Assembly: GCA_008632985.1 (NCBI GenBank)
Contig: QPGO01000085.1
Coordinates: 62,001 to 126,000 of the forward strand
DNA length: 64,000 nucleotides
Direction: 5' to 3'
Source: Psammoneis japonica
Taxonomy: Eukaryota
The notes beneath the pieces are model-generated. The model was not told the DNA's origin and made no database searches. It saw only the letters and a list, made by a program, of their open reading frames with translations. Position numbers and translations under genes: made by a program. Shown here piece after piece: positions 13,266 through 24,541 of the stretch (position 1 is the first letter of the stretch; every line of letters begins with the position of its first letter).

Positions 13266-13828
13266 GGTCCCTTACCTTTTCAAAGAAAAATGACGCGTCG
13301 GAGGGAGTTTCTTACGTGGTCGGAGGATTTTGTGTGGATCCTGGCGGCGAGAAAGATCCAAAGCAAAGATTCCATTAGAGCATTGAATTTATTCATGTTA
13401 TATTTCGATAAGGAATCTTGGGTCAGCTTAACTTGAATCAATCTCAGGCACTCGTGCTACCCACAACCGATATTTTCCGATCGGCCAGCTTTGGCTACCG
13501 GTAGACCTAAAGCATCTACTCTCTAGCTAGAGAGGACTATCTTCTACAATAGAACAGAATCATAATAAATTTAAGTACTAACTCCTATGATCCACGTTAT
13601 AAGGGATTTCAAGGGTAGATTAACTTTCAAAACTGATGTCTGGCAACATGCAGCTCATCTAGTTCCCATTCCATAGGTAGATGATTCCTTTCTCTGGCTA
13701 TCCTCCCGCACCAAAAATCATTCACCGCACCATGTACTATTTGCCTCTCTTCAACTTTTCGACAGAGTTGTTGATGACGTATGGACAACTTATCATGCCT
13801 TACGAATCGTAGAACTTTTTCTTCAACT

Positions 13829-14674
13829 CTAACGTTGCTGCGAACCATAGTTTGGAGTACTGGCATTATTGTTTGGGTTATTCTCCACCACTACTCGACT
13901 GGACGGACCACCGCATTCTTCAATGTCACTTGCAAAGAGTGCCGCCGCACAGGCATTGGTGAGGGGGAAGACAATTGGTCCAATCATGGGCGTCGCCTCG
14001 AGAAAGGCACACATGAAACCAAACTGCGCGTATTCACTCGATTGATCATATGTCGACGGACTCCACAATGCCCTGCATTCGGATTTGTCTTCTCCAAAGA
14101 CTTCTATTCTTTGTAATTTGGCAGGAAGTGAAATGGCATCAAAATATCGATCCATCATGTCCCACCCAATAAATGTTGCATTGATGGATGCGTACAGAGC
14201 CGTGCCGACAAACGGAACGATATTGAGAGGATATGTCAAGACTCGTACAAAGAATGCCTTTCGAAGTATACTCAAATCCTTGCAAATGGATTGCTTGTGC
14301 ATTTCTCCCTCTTTCCATGTTCCTCGGATACGCATGGTTTCCACAAAAACTTCGGTTTGGCATCGCGATTGAGCCACCACGGTCAAGAGCGCTGCACAAA
14401 CGGCCGCTTCCAACAGCACAGCCAAAACAGCCAACAGCCAACTCCACCACTGTCCACCACCAAACAACTCTGCTTGCGGTTTGAGCGCAAGTGCAAATAG
14501 CAAAATCATGCAAGCAAAGGCAACCATCATTCCGACGCATGCCACCTTGAACACCTTGGTCCAGAGTTGTGAATGTTTCAGTACAAATTGAACGCCCTTG
14601 AGGGGATAATGTGAAGGGTTATGGCCATAGCGATGGCGTGAAAGAGAGACAACAGCAGAAAGCTTGGGTTTCAT
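13829..14674 (-). CDS. EI24/DUF540 (CysZ-like) multi-pass membrane protein
   Basis: YPLKGVQFVLKHSQLW N-terminal motif, several TM helices, LNIVPFVG and FLEATPMIGP motifs. The start codon is uncertain (14674 or 14746). Confidence 0.7.
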   Translation of the reverse strand: MKPKLSAVVSLSRHRYGHNPSHYPLKGVQFVLKHSQLWTKVFKVACVGMMVAFACMILLFALALKPQAELFGGGQWWSWLLAVLAVLLEAAVCAALLTVVAQSRCQTEVFVETMRIRGTWKEGEMHKQSICKDLSILRKAFFVRVLTYPLNIVPFVGTALYASINATFIGWDMMDRYFDAISLPAKLQRIEVFGEDKSECRALWSPSTYDQSSEYAQFGFMCAFLEATPMIGPIVFPLTNACAAALFASDIEECGGPSSRVVVENNPNNNASTPNYGSQQR

Positions 14675-15079
14675 GTTGTAATGTTGGAATAACTGTGCAG
14701 TAGGAGACGAATGAAAGCGATGACATGCTTCGTCGCGTGCCGTCATTTTTTGACGTTGGCAGCAGATCGGCAAGATATATTCGACATTCTTCAGCAACAA
14801 AGATACAGTAAATATACAGCACAAGTTGATCCTCACCATTGCTGGCGCAAAAGCAAGAATGAGGAGCAATGAGGCCGTCATTGTACACTCTGCTAGAGCA
14901 CACTGTAGATTCCATTCAATGCAAATCACAAATTGTGCCATTACAAATGCAGTGCAATCCAACTAACAAGAGCAAGAAGACGAGATGTGCCACACACAAG
15001 GCATTGATGGACACTCTCAGAAAAAAAGAGTCGCTGCCCTTGGCATGACAAGCAAGCACCACACAGACTGACAAGTGCC

Positions 15080-15570
15080 TTGAGATGTCAATCAAAGGGC
15101 TTGCTGCGGGAAGCAGAAATGGCACGTTGGAGCTCGTTGCACAAGTGTGGGACTGTCATTGGTGCATTGCCTGGATTCAAAACCTTCATCTCGTCGACAC
15201 AGGAGGGTCGTCACCCTTTTCTTTGGGGTCACGCGTCGATCCTCCTTGCAGCTCTCTTGTGCTTCAGATGTGGTTCCAGGACCTCCCACTCCTTCTTGAG
15301 CCCTTCATTGATTTTTGTTGTGTCCTCAAAACCTCAAGGTGCAACAGAATTTGATGATGCACTTCAACTCAATTTGTCAAACAATCTTTGGCTTTTGAAA
15401 GCCACATTGCTCACTGAAAACTTGATGAGTTTGTTGTTTTTGGCACAGCCCCTGATGCAATTCCATGTTGAAGATGCAAAGAGCAGTTCTGTGTCACTCT
15501 CATGCAACATGTGGTGCTTGCTCTCATCTCTCATCACCTGGCCTGATCTTGGCAAGGAAGCAAGAAGCAC
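15080..15570 (-). pseudogene. Hypermutated paralog of the gene at 20315..21668
   Basis: Aligns by eye to 20520..21045, e.g. 15489 ctgtgtcactctcatgcaacatgtggt vs 20974 ctgtatcattctcatacagcacgtggt. Confidence 0.85.
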
Positions 15571-15809
15571 AATCTGCAGCAGCTGCCCGCCAGAAACCCC
15601 TGCATGTGTGTTTCTGCGAACACGCTCTCCTTTTGCCCAGCTTGCCCTTGGATTCTTCATTCTTGGCAATTGTCAGAGTGGCTCTCTGGACAGCCCCATC
15701 TCAGTTTCTGTTTGCACCATTTTCTTTCCCAAGATCAGTGCATTTGTTGGACTTGCTCAGCAGCTGTTCACCAGACGAACAATGGGCATCTTTGTGTGTC
15801 AAATGCATC

Positions 15810-16915
15810 CTGATGTGCACTGGTGTGGTCTCTGGTGGGCCCCAGGGGACACTCCAAAACTGTTTCTGAACATTGCAAAGTTGATGTTGTGGGCTTGTAA
15901 CTCCTTGTCACTTTTCCCCCAATGGGAGGCAGCAGTCTTGAGTGCCCAAACTCCAGAGTGAGAGGATCCCATGATGATGCCAACCCAACAACTGCCAGCA
16001 GCATGGGATGCTGGCAGGCAGTGTGTGGTGAACCCCAGGCAACACTTAAGAGCTGTGGCCAGCTGGGCATTGCAAGGTTGATCTTGTGGTGTGTGGCCCC
16101 ATGTCACCTTTTCTCTGACAGGAGGCAGCAGCCTTGAGTTTCCCAACTCCACGGCAAGGACTCCATTGTGTGGCACTTGCTGACCTGACACAGCCAGCTG
16201 CAAGCTGAGGGCACTGGTGGTGTCTGGTGGGCCCTGGATGTAACTTCAAGAACTGTGGTTGAGCATTGAAAGGTTTGTCTTTTGGCGTTGTGTGGCCCCA
16301 TGTCACCTTGTTCCCAACAGGAGCAGACTTGAGCTTCTTGGCTCCAGAGCAAAAGGGGATCCCATGATGGCACCAATCAACCTGACAAACTGCCAGCAGA
16401 GGGCATTGGCGGTCTTCAGACGAGGACCTCAGGCAAGACTTCAAGAGCTGTTGGTGGGCATTGCAAGGTTGATCTTGAAGTGTTGTGGCCCCATGCACCA
16501 TGTTTTGCCCAACAGCAGCAGACTTGAACCTCCAAACTCCAGAGCAAAATGACCCCATGACAGTGCCAACCAACCCAACAACAGCAAACTGAGGACCCTT
16601 GCAGTGTCTGGTGCTCCCCACCAGGTGACACTTTGTGCTGGGCATTGCAGTTGACCTTGTGGCATTGTGGCCCCATGCAACCTTGTTCCCCACAGCAGCA
16701 GACTTGAAGCCAGGGTGAAACGAACCCATGACAGTGCCAACCAACCTGACAACTGCCGGCAGAGGGCATTGGTGGTTTTCAGCAGAGAACCTCAGATGAG
16801 ACCACAAGAACTGTTGTTGGGAATTGCAAGGTTGGTCTTGAAGTGTTGTGGCCCCATGTCACCTTGTTCTCCCAACAGCAGCAAACTTGAGTTTCTGAAC
16901 TCCACTGGAGTTGCT
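15810..16915. repeat. Degenerate tandem array, about 6 units of 180-196 bp
   Basis: The motif ggcattgcaaggttgatcttg..tgtggccccatg recurs at about 15870, 16067, 16262, 16457, 16641 and 16821. Confidence 0.85.
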
Positions 16916-18314
16916 GATTCAAAGGTTTGATGGCCTGAGTGGCAGTGGGTGAGTGAAGCTGCACAAAGCAATGCACTTGGAATGCCAGAAATGCAAATTT
17001 GTTTTGCAGTGGCAAATGGCTTGAGGAAGAGAATGGCAAAATTTGGAGGGCATTTTTTCAACAAGTTTCTCTTCATTGAAAGCAATGAAGAACTGCAATG
17101 AGTGCTCAAGCTGCCCTCTGTTTTGTCCTGATGTTAAGTTCAAGAAAGAGGATCTTGTGGGGGGATCATTTGGGGTGCAAGTCAAAATGTGTGGCTGAGC
17201 TTTGTTGGTTGCAAACCCCACAATTTTGGAGGCTCACAGCCTTGCCAAGCTTTCCTTCCCCAATCTTCATGGCAAATCTTGTTGATGATGCAGTTGTTGC
17301 AATGTGGCATCAATTGTCTGCACTGACCTTTGCACAAAGTCTTCATGTCAAACAAGTTTTCTGTTGCCAAAGCCTTGGTTGCAACTGCCACTCATTCAGT
17401 CTGGGTCCTGGAGTCAGGCGCATGGAGAGCACTCACCCTTCTCTCTGAAAAGCAAATTGATGCCAGCACTGGGACAAGCATGACATCTGAACACCCCTCC
17501 CCCCTCTGTGATCTTCTGTGAGAGACAAAACTGGTGCGCTGTGATCTGGGTTGATGTTGGAATTTGTCAAATTGCAGTGTTGTGATGACAAGGTCAAATT
17601 GGTCAATGAGCATTTGTGGCAACAGGAAGCATGAGTGGTGACAGGGGCCAAAGAACAACAATGTGGTCATTTTCCAGGGCTGCTTGACAAGATGAATCAG
17701 GCTCCAGCGTGGTGCAAATTGACATTGGGTGGAAGGAAATGATTCAAGTTTGCAGCTGTGTTGTCTGTCAAAAGGGGGTGGTTCAATGGGAAGTTTGTTT
17801 TGAGAGAAGAGCTTTTTGTTGTTGTCAATCAGCACTTTGTCCTTGTTGCATGGCACACAAAAATGACAAAATGGTTTTTGATGGGGGTGCACCACCACCA
17901 TGCAAAAAAAGGATGAGTGTCTGAGTTGTGTGGAGCCCAATGCGCAACAAAGAGACAAGTGCAGCAGAAACACCAAAAAATGAGGTGGGCAATTGAGCTG
18001 AAGCTGTTCCAAACAAAAAATTGTTCAACTCTGAACAAGGTGCTGGGCCACAAAACAAAACATGGCAACTCTGCCCATGCTGACAACTGGAAAAATCAAG
18101 TGTCAACCTTGCACGACAATTTTGGCAATGCCAGATTTGAGATTTGTGGCTGAAAATGAGCCAGTGTCAGAACATTGCTTGTTCACTGCAGCTGCAGTTG
18201 CACCCACCTTGGGTGATTTTGAAATGTTGTGCCACCTGTGAAGACAGTGCAGCCACAAGTGCACAATTTTGATTCTTGATGGATCTTCCTGTCAAGAGCA
18301 AAAACATCATGTCA

Positions 18315-19325
18315 CAGACAAATGTGGCAAGGACTCAAGGGGAAAATCCTGGATCCAGTCCAGGGGGTGATTCAAGCCATGCCAGGCACCAGCTTGGCAA
18401 TGGAGAAGGTGTCATGGCATTGCACATTGCAGGATCATCCTCCCATTGAACAAATCACCACATCAAGGGATTTTTCTCATTGCCCCCCTCAACCTCAACC
18501 CCCAGATCAAAATCCAATTGCTCCCCCTTGCTCACAACATTGGCAACTCCCTTGGCTGCTCATGTGACACATGGTGAGCACATCAAGACCAAACTTTGAC
18601 AGCTCTTGGCTGGTCCAGTCTTGCTGGTGGAGGGGCTCCCATCTCAACAAAGTGGTGGGAAAGTGAAAAGAGGCTGAAAAGGCCTCTGAAGGTGCCAGCA
18701 CAAATGCTCGATGAAAGAACCCTTGCACCCATGGGACATGGAGAAGGTTTGGGTTTGCTGCAAATCCAAAGGACAGGATTGGCATCCCAAGAAACAGGCA
18801 GTCATGCTTTGGCATTTTGTCTCCATCTTGAGTTCTTGGGCCCTGTGAGAGAACTTGTTTGCCATCATGCATGTTGCCCAGCACCACACTCAGGCGTGGT
18901 CAACAACCAACACCACTGAGAAAGTGTCCAATGCCAAAAAGGCCAAATGCTGTTGAGAGTCTTGCAATCAGTGGCATTTGGTGGATGCACACAAGTCACA
19001 CCAGGGGGTTGGGTGTCACTCAACCCTGCCGTCTGCAGGGTCTTGCCACACAAATGTGGCAACTGCTCAAAGGGAAAACCCTGGATCTGGTCCAGGGGGT
19101 GATCTGAGCCACACTGGCTTGGCAATGGAAAGGATGCTGCAGCACCGCGCATTGTGGAATTGACCCATTGAACAAATCACCACATGTCCATGGATTCTTC
19201 TCAGTGCACCCTCAATGCCCAGATCAAATCCAGTCATCCCCCCTTGCTTGTGTCACTGGCAACTCCCCCCAGCTGCTCAGATGGTGTGCAAGCATGCTCC
19301 CTTTCATTGAGAGCTCTTGCCAGCA
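18315..19325. repeat. Two diverged direct copies of an approximately 280-bp segment (about 18315-18610 and 19050-19325)
   Basis: Both copies share acaaatgtggcaa..gggaaaa..ctggatc..gtccagggggtgat, cccattgaacaaatcaccacat and cccagatcaaa. Confidence 0.8.
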
Positions 19326-20314
19326 GTGGCTGCATGTGAAGGAAATGAAATGGACTCATTAGAGTGCACGCAACTTTGGAGCAGTGTGACATGGGAGGCC
19401 AACTCTTGAGTCTGCATCCTGCAGGTGTGCCTCAAAAATGGTTTCAGGAGCAGAGAATGTCTGCACTGTGCTGCTTCATTGGGCAAGAGGCCACTTCAAG
19501 CCCACTTCTCCTTCTTGACCAACAGTGGCTGATCCTGTCAATGTCATCAGTGTCAGTCTTTTCTGTGATGGCATGCAAGTCAGCCAAAACCACCACAACA
19601 AATGACCACAGAAAATGTCATTTTGGACTTTCTCAATGTCCACAGGTGAGGAAGCATCCAACTGAAAAACAATGGGTGCAAATCAAAAATTCTGTGCAAA
19701 ACCTGATGAAGCAAAGTGTTGAGGGCAGCAGAGGCAAGATGTCTCCCCCAGCAATCAGAGATGGCCAGCCCACTGACTCTCTCCAGTCTGTCATGGCTTG
19801 CCACCACCTTGTTGAGCCACAGCCACATCTGAGTTCCCAAGCTGGTCTTGTTGACACACAAGAAGAGATGTTGACACTCCCTGTGCTCTCCTTTGACCTT
19901 TCTGAGAAGTGCAAGGATGATGTGATCCTTGTGAAAGTTCAAGTGTGCTGTGTGCTTGGAGACCTGCCAAATCCAACAGAGCTTCCGGCCCACAAAATGA
20001 CAAGATGCAGTTTGCAGCAAAGTGGAGACCAGCCATAAGCCATGCATGAGCCAAAGCCAGAGAGCTTGGAGTGTTTGCCTTGTTTGCCACTCATGATGGC
20101 AGATGACTTGTCAACTCCACCAAGACAGCATGCTCGGGTCACCAATTTTGGCCCATCTGGAAAACATTTACCCCTTCACAGTCGCAACTTTTATTTCCAC
20201 GAGGCAATGGTTTTTGGAATTTAAAAAGGGCCGTAAATAAAAGAAAAAGAAGTGTTGTGTGCCATGTTTGCGTTGCGGCAGATTCCCTGTTTTGGTTTCA
20301 AAGGAGGTGGTAAA

Positions 20315-21668
20315 TCAGGTGCTTGTACCGGGAGGGTCCCACCTGTAGTAGGGATCGTAGGCCCCACTTGGCAGGCCCATACCTGGCATTCCCCCATTTC
20401 CATTTCTACGCCTATAGGAGCCCTTAGGCGTTGTCATCGGTGTGGTTTCAGGTGTGTCAACCGGTGTCGCCAGTCGCATCAAAGCCTCTGATATCTGATC
20501 AACCACAGAAGGCGATTCCCAGACATCAATTACAGGGCTTGCTGCTGGAAGCGGAAGTGGCGTCGGCATGCGTTGCAAGTGCGGTGCCGGTTCATTGCCG
20601 GGATTCAATACCTTCGTCTCATCGACTAACAACTTGGGCAACTTGGTAGGAGGGTTCTCGTCAGCCGCTCCTTCCTTGCCCTTTTCTCCGGCAGGACTCT
20701 TTCTAGCCCTCTTGCGCTTTAGGTGCGGTTGTAGGACCTCCCACTCATTCTTCAGCCTTTCGCTGACTTTCTTTGTGTCCTCCAACTCCTCGAGGACCGA
20801 TAAAGTTTGACGATACGCTTCGCCTCTTTCTTGAGATACCGGATCGTCTTTAACAGTCCAACTCGTCAAACGATCCTCAGCCTTTGAAATCAAATCACTC
20901 ACTGAAAACTTCAGTTTGTTCTTTCTGACATAGTCCCTGATGTCATCGTACGTTGAAGGTGCAAAAAGCAGTCCTGTATCATTCTCATACAGCACGTGGT
21001 GCTTGTTCTTGTCGCCCGGCCTGACCTTGGTAAGGAATCGAGGTAAATCATAGTGTCCCTTCACTTCTTTCAAGAACTTAATAAAACGATAATATATTTC
21101 AGAAGCTTCCAAGTTGCTGAGTTCATCATCATCTGGCTTTCTTTGGGCAAATTCCCGCCACCACGACATTACGTTGTTCTTTTCTTTACGATTTCCGTTT
21201 CCGTTGTATTTAAGAAGAACACAATCGTGTGGAAGCCTGTACATGTAGGGTTGTCTATACACTGGGGGTGGCAGTGGCGCGTCGAAGGCATTCGATGTTG
21301 GAATAACATCTGAGGGAGCGGTGACCTGGTGGGTGCCGTTATTTCTTCGGTGGGTTTTTCTTCCACAGTATTCCATTATTTCCATTGACTCGCAAGCTGT
21401 TATGATTCGAAAAAAGAACAAACGTGTCAGCAGTGATCAATAGTTTAGCAAACACACGAAATTTTAATGACCCATTTGGTACTATTTTCTTACCTTTTCT
21501 GAAGTTTGATCCCCCAAAAGAGACTTGTAGTTTTGTGACTTTGTCTTCGAGCGTTTTCGTTCTCTTCTGCAAATCAGCAATTATTTCGTCCTTTCGCTCA
21601 TTCTCGTTTTTCAGAATGACAATATCTCTTTCAAGGATTTCGATCCTTAACTGATCAACACCCCTCAT
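20315..21668 (-). CDS. Unknown 418-aa protein, two exons (intron 21397..21493), N-terminal coiled coil, Pro-rich tail; probably belongs to a repeat or mobile family
   Basis: Removing a GTAAG..ACAG intron joins ORF 21339..21668 in frame to 20315..21421 (..SNFRK-A-CESMEIM..). A decayed paralog lies 5 kb away. Confidence 0.65.
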
Positions 21669-22380
21669 TCCTTCTGTTCTATTTATTTGAATGTTTCTTA
21701 TAGAGGTAGCGACGTTCTAGTGCAGAGTCCATTGTTTGTGTGTTGGAGGAAATGAAAGTGTCATGATTCCTTGATGGGTGTCACTACCGGTATTGTAATT
21801 ATCTTGGCTCTTTGGTCTTCCGCGCTCTTCCCCGGAAGGCAAAAAAATGATATACTGTATGAGCGGTACAGTTTCTACGTGGATTTGAAGTACGTACATC
21901 AGTGTTGAAGAGTGTATATAAACAGACAGTATGGTTCTGCTGTGCGTATCTTATTGGATTTTATCTTTTAATATCCAATAGATTACACACAATAATTGAT
22001 ACTAAACCAATGCATATGACTTTTTATGTAATACGTGTACAATACAAACATAAATGAAACATACATGTTGACTATAGTGTGATTCAAATTCGGAGTAAAC
22101 AAAACGGAGTATCGGCAGTTTGTATAATATATAATTTTAATGTATGAACCTTTGAGGAAAATTTGTATGATGTGGGTAGGCAGGTACGGTATGTATTGAC
22201 ACCTCTTCCGATGATGTGTTTGTTTAGATAACGGAAATCCTTCAGTCTTTTAAGATATATTACGTCGACAGTGTCGAGACAGAAGATACTGTCTGTGGCA
22301 TGACTTGTCAGAACAGGCAGGGATGAGCTCACTTTTTTTCCCTACTCACAAATCCAGCATGGATTGAGAATCGCGAAACC

Positions 22381-22914
22381 ATGGACTTACGATACCCAGA
22401 CAATCCCGATCCCATCGACAATGATCTCACTAACGCTGATGTCCCACAGGAACGTGGTGGGTTTAGGAACCACCATGTTGGGGGGCAGAGATTCCTTCAG
22501 TTGGTTCGTCAGGAGTTGGACGCATATTTGGCTGCCAACAAGCGGGGTAAAACCGCAATCTCCACTGCTCTTGTTGAGCAAATCCACCGTGAAGGCGGTC
22601 GGTTCGTTCGGAGGAACCGAACCACGGGACTTTGGCACGAGATGCATCCCACTCGAGCCAGGTACAAGACATCTCAAGCTTTTCGAGATATGTTGTGCCG
22701 TGATAGGAGAAACGGACGCAACGCTCCAAGGAGGATCATTCGCCGCGCCACTCCTCCACAAGACGCACCTGACCTTATAGATGAGGGCCCAAACAGGCTG
22801 GAGAATCATGATCCTCCAAACTTGGAGATTGACGTCCTTGCCGACCTGAATTTTGAGTTCAACGACGATCAATCTTGGACGCCCGAAGACATTGAAGCCT
22901 TACTTGAACTCTGA
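22381..22914 (+). CDS. DUF6824-domain protein (diatom-expanded family)
   Basis: ADVPQERGG..NHHVGGQRFLQLV..Y..K.AIS..LV..I...GGRF....W.E....AR.KTSQAFRD consensus, followed by an acidic tail. Confidence 0.8.
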   Translation: MDLRYPDNPDPIDNDLTNADVPQERGGFRNHHVGGQRFLQLVRQELDAYLAANKRGKTAISTALVEQIHREGGRFVRRNRTTGLWHEMHPTRARYKTSQAFRDMLCRDRRNGRNAPRRIIRRATPPQDAPDLIDEGPNRLENHDPPNLEIDVLADLNFEFNDDQSWTPEDIEALLEL

Positions 22915-24541
22915 GAAAACCCATCGTCATGCAAGGGGTTTCATGATGAAGTGTCGAGTGAACCCATGTTGCATGAGGTAAAACGTAGAATGAACCGCTC
23001 AAGAAAACGAGCCAGTCAACATAATCGTTTGTAGTATATTATACGTTGCATGCCACTTCCGCCATATCGATCTTGTTAGCAAAAGAGCTGAACGTGAAAC
23101 TCTTTCAGTCTGCTGAATTGCAGACAGTATCTGTCCATCACTTTATTCAAAGATGAGTGGGAATCCTTGCTGCCTTTTTACTCCTCGAGTACTTAATTGA
23201 CTATTGCACGACCTTTCGAGCGTCCAGCGTCCGTCGATTGTTTTCTGAAATGGATGTGCACCAACACGGGTCCGTCGATTGGCTGACGCTTCCCTTCAGG
23301 TATGCCAATAGTGAAGGCAAAGCAACGGCAAAACAGAGCTATACTGCCAGCGCAGACAGTCATTTGAAGCCATACAGCGATGGATCCAAATAGGTTACGG
23401 CAATCGTATGGAGCGAGTCCTCCACCACGAGATGTCGTGCAGATACTGCACCGTTTACAACGAGGGGCCGACTTCACGTCAATCGCATTCACGACGGGCG
23501 TCAGAATGATGAGACATCCACCAAGGCACGACATAACATCCGATCCTGGAGTGCAACTCACAAAAACAGTGGTCAGCTCACGAAACAGGAGACCATTGGT
23601 CTAACAGAACAAGGTCCCAACTTGGTCTTCGACGCTGTCCTGCGTGTTCGCTTGATCGACCGGATTAGTAACATCACTGAAAGAATTCCCTCCTGCTTCC
23701 GTCGTTTCATCGCTGTCGAAAAGAGCCAACAGATTACCTTGCCACTCTGGATCCATGTCCATCTGTGCCGCTTCTGGCGGGGACGTGGAGACTCCACCAG
23801 AAAGCTGAGCTACAAAGTCAATATCCGTTGCAATAGACGTGCTGAGCAACACGGGTAGGGGGCAACGAGGCGCATGACGCTTTTCTGACTACTTTTGAAA
23901 TACAGTTACTTCGTATTGTGAGCAACCGGGTGAAAGAAATACAAGCTGCAATTTCGCACGAATCGACTTATGGATGGCTGACGAATTCCAAGTCAAGGTA
24001 CGAACAGAAGGTACCTTGAACCTTCCAGAACTTTGAGCTCTGACACCTTTTGATTTGCTGTACTGCATGGAGGCGATGTGTTAATCACGTGTCTTAATGA
24101 TCAAGTCGTGCTGGTAATTGCTTTGACCGTGACGTGTTAGCTTCCCTCCTCTTTTCATCTGGGAAGTTCGACTGACAACACCATAGACTCGACTTGACTT
24201 GTGGAAACGCCAGCGGGGGAAACGTGCTTAGGAGCGTGTTTTCAATCGCGAAATACTTGTTGGGTCATGCTTTTCATTTCGGGGCATTGCCCATCACTAG
24301 TTCTTCATTTGATTAGAAACTGGAAGGAGCAATGAAACTCTTCTCGCTGACGTTCCTCGAAACTCTCATTCGTGCATCACGGCCTCAGTCAAACTCAACG
24401 GGACGTAAATGATAACGTGGCTCGTGACCATCAAGATCGTTTCGCAAGCGTTAAGGGCGAAGCGTAACGTCTGCAGGTGAGAAATAAAAAAAAGCAAAAG
24501 TTGGTATGGTGCCTCGTATAAGCGCGAGATGCGCAAAGGTG

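Larger units (their letters stand above)
14960..20140. repeat. CpG/TpA-depleted decayed repeat block 2
   Basis: Strong loss of CG and TA, internal repeats and a mutated paralog of the gene at 20315..21668. Normal composition returns abruptly near 20140. Confidence 0.8.

Noticed and set aside
15810..16915. Possible CRISPR-like array
   Set aside because: Units are about 190 bp and similar along their whole length, with no unique spacers and no cas genes. The context is eukaryotic.
14960..20140. Classical fungal RIP as the cause of the skew
   Set aside because: RIP converts CpA to TpA and lowers GC. Here TpA is lost, CpA/TpG is gained and GC stays roughly balanced.
23157..24480. Short ORFs between the DUF6824 and LigB-like genes
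   Set aside because: Fragmentary with no family signal. It could be a frameshifted gene, but I cannot support that.
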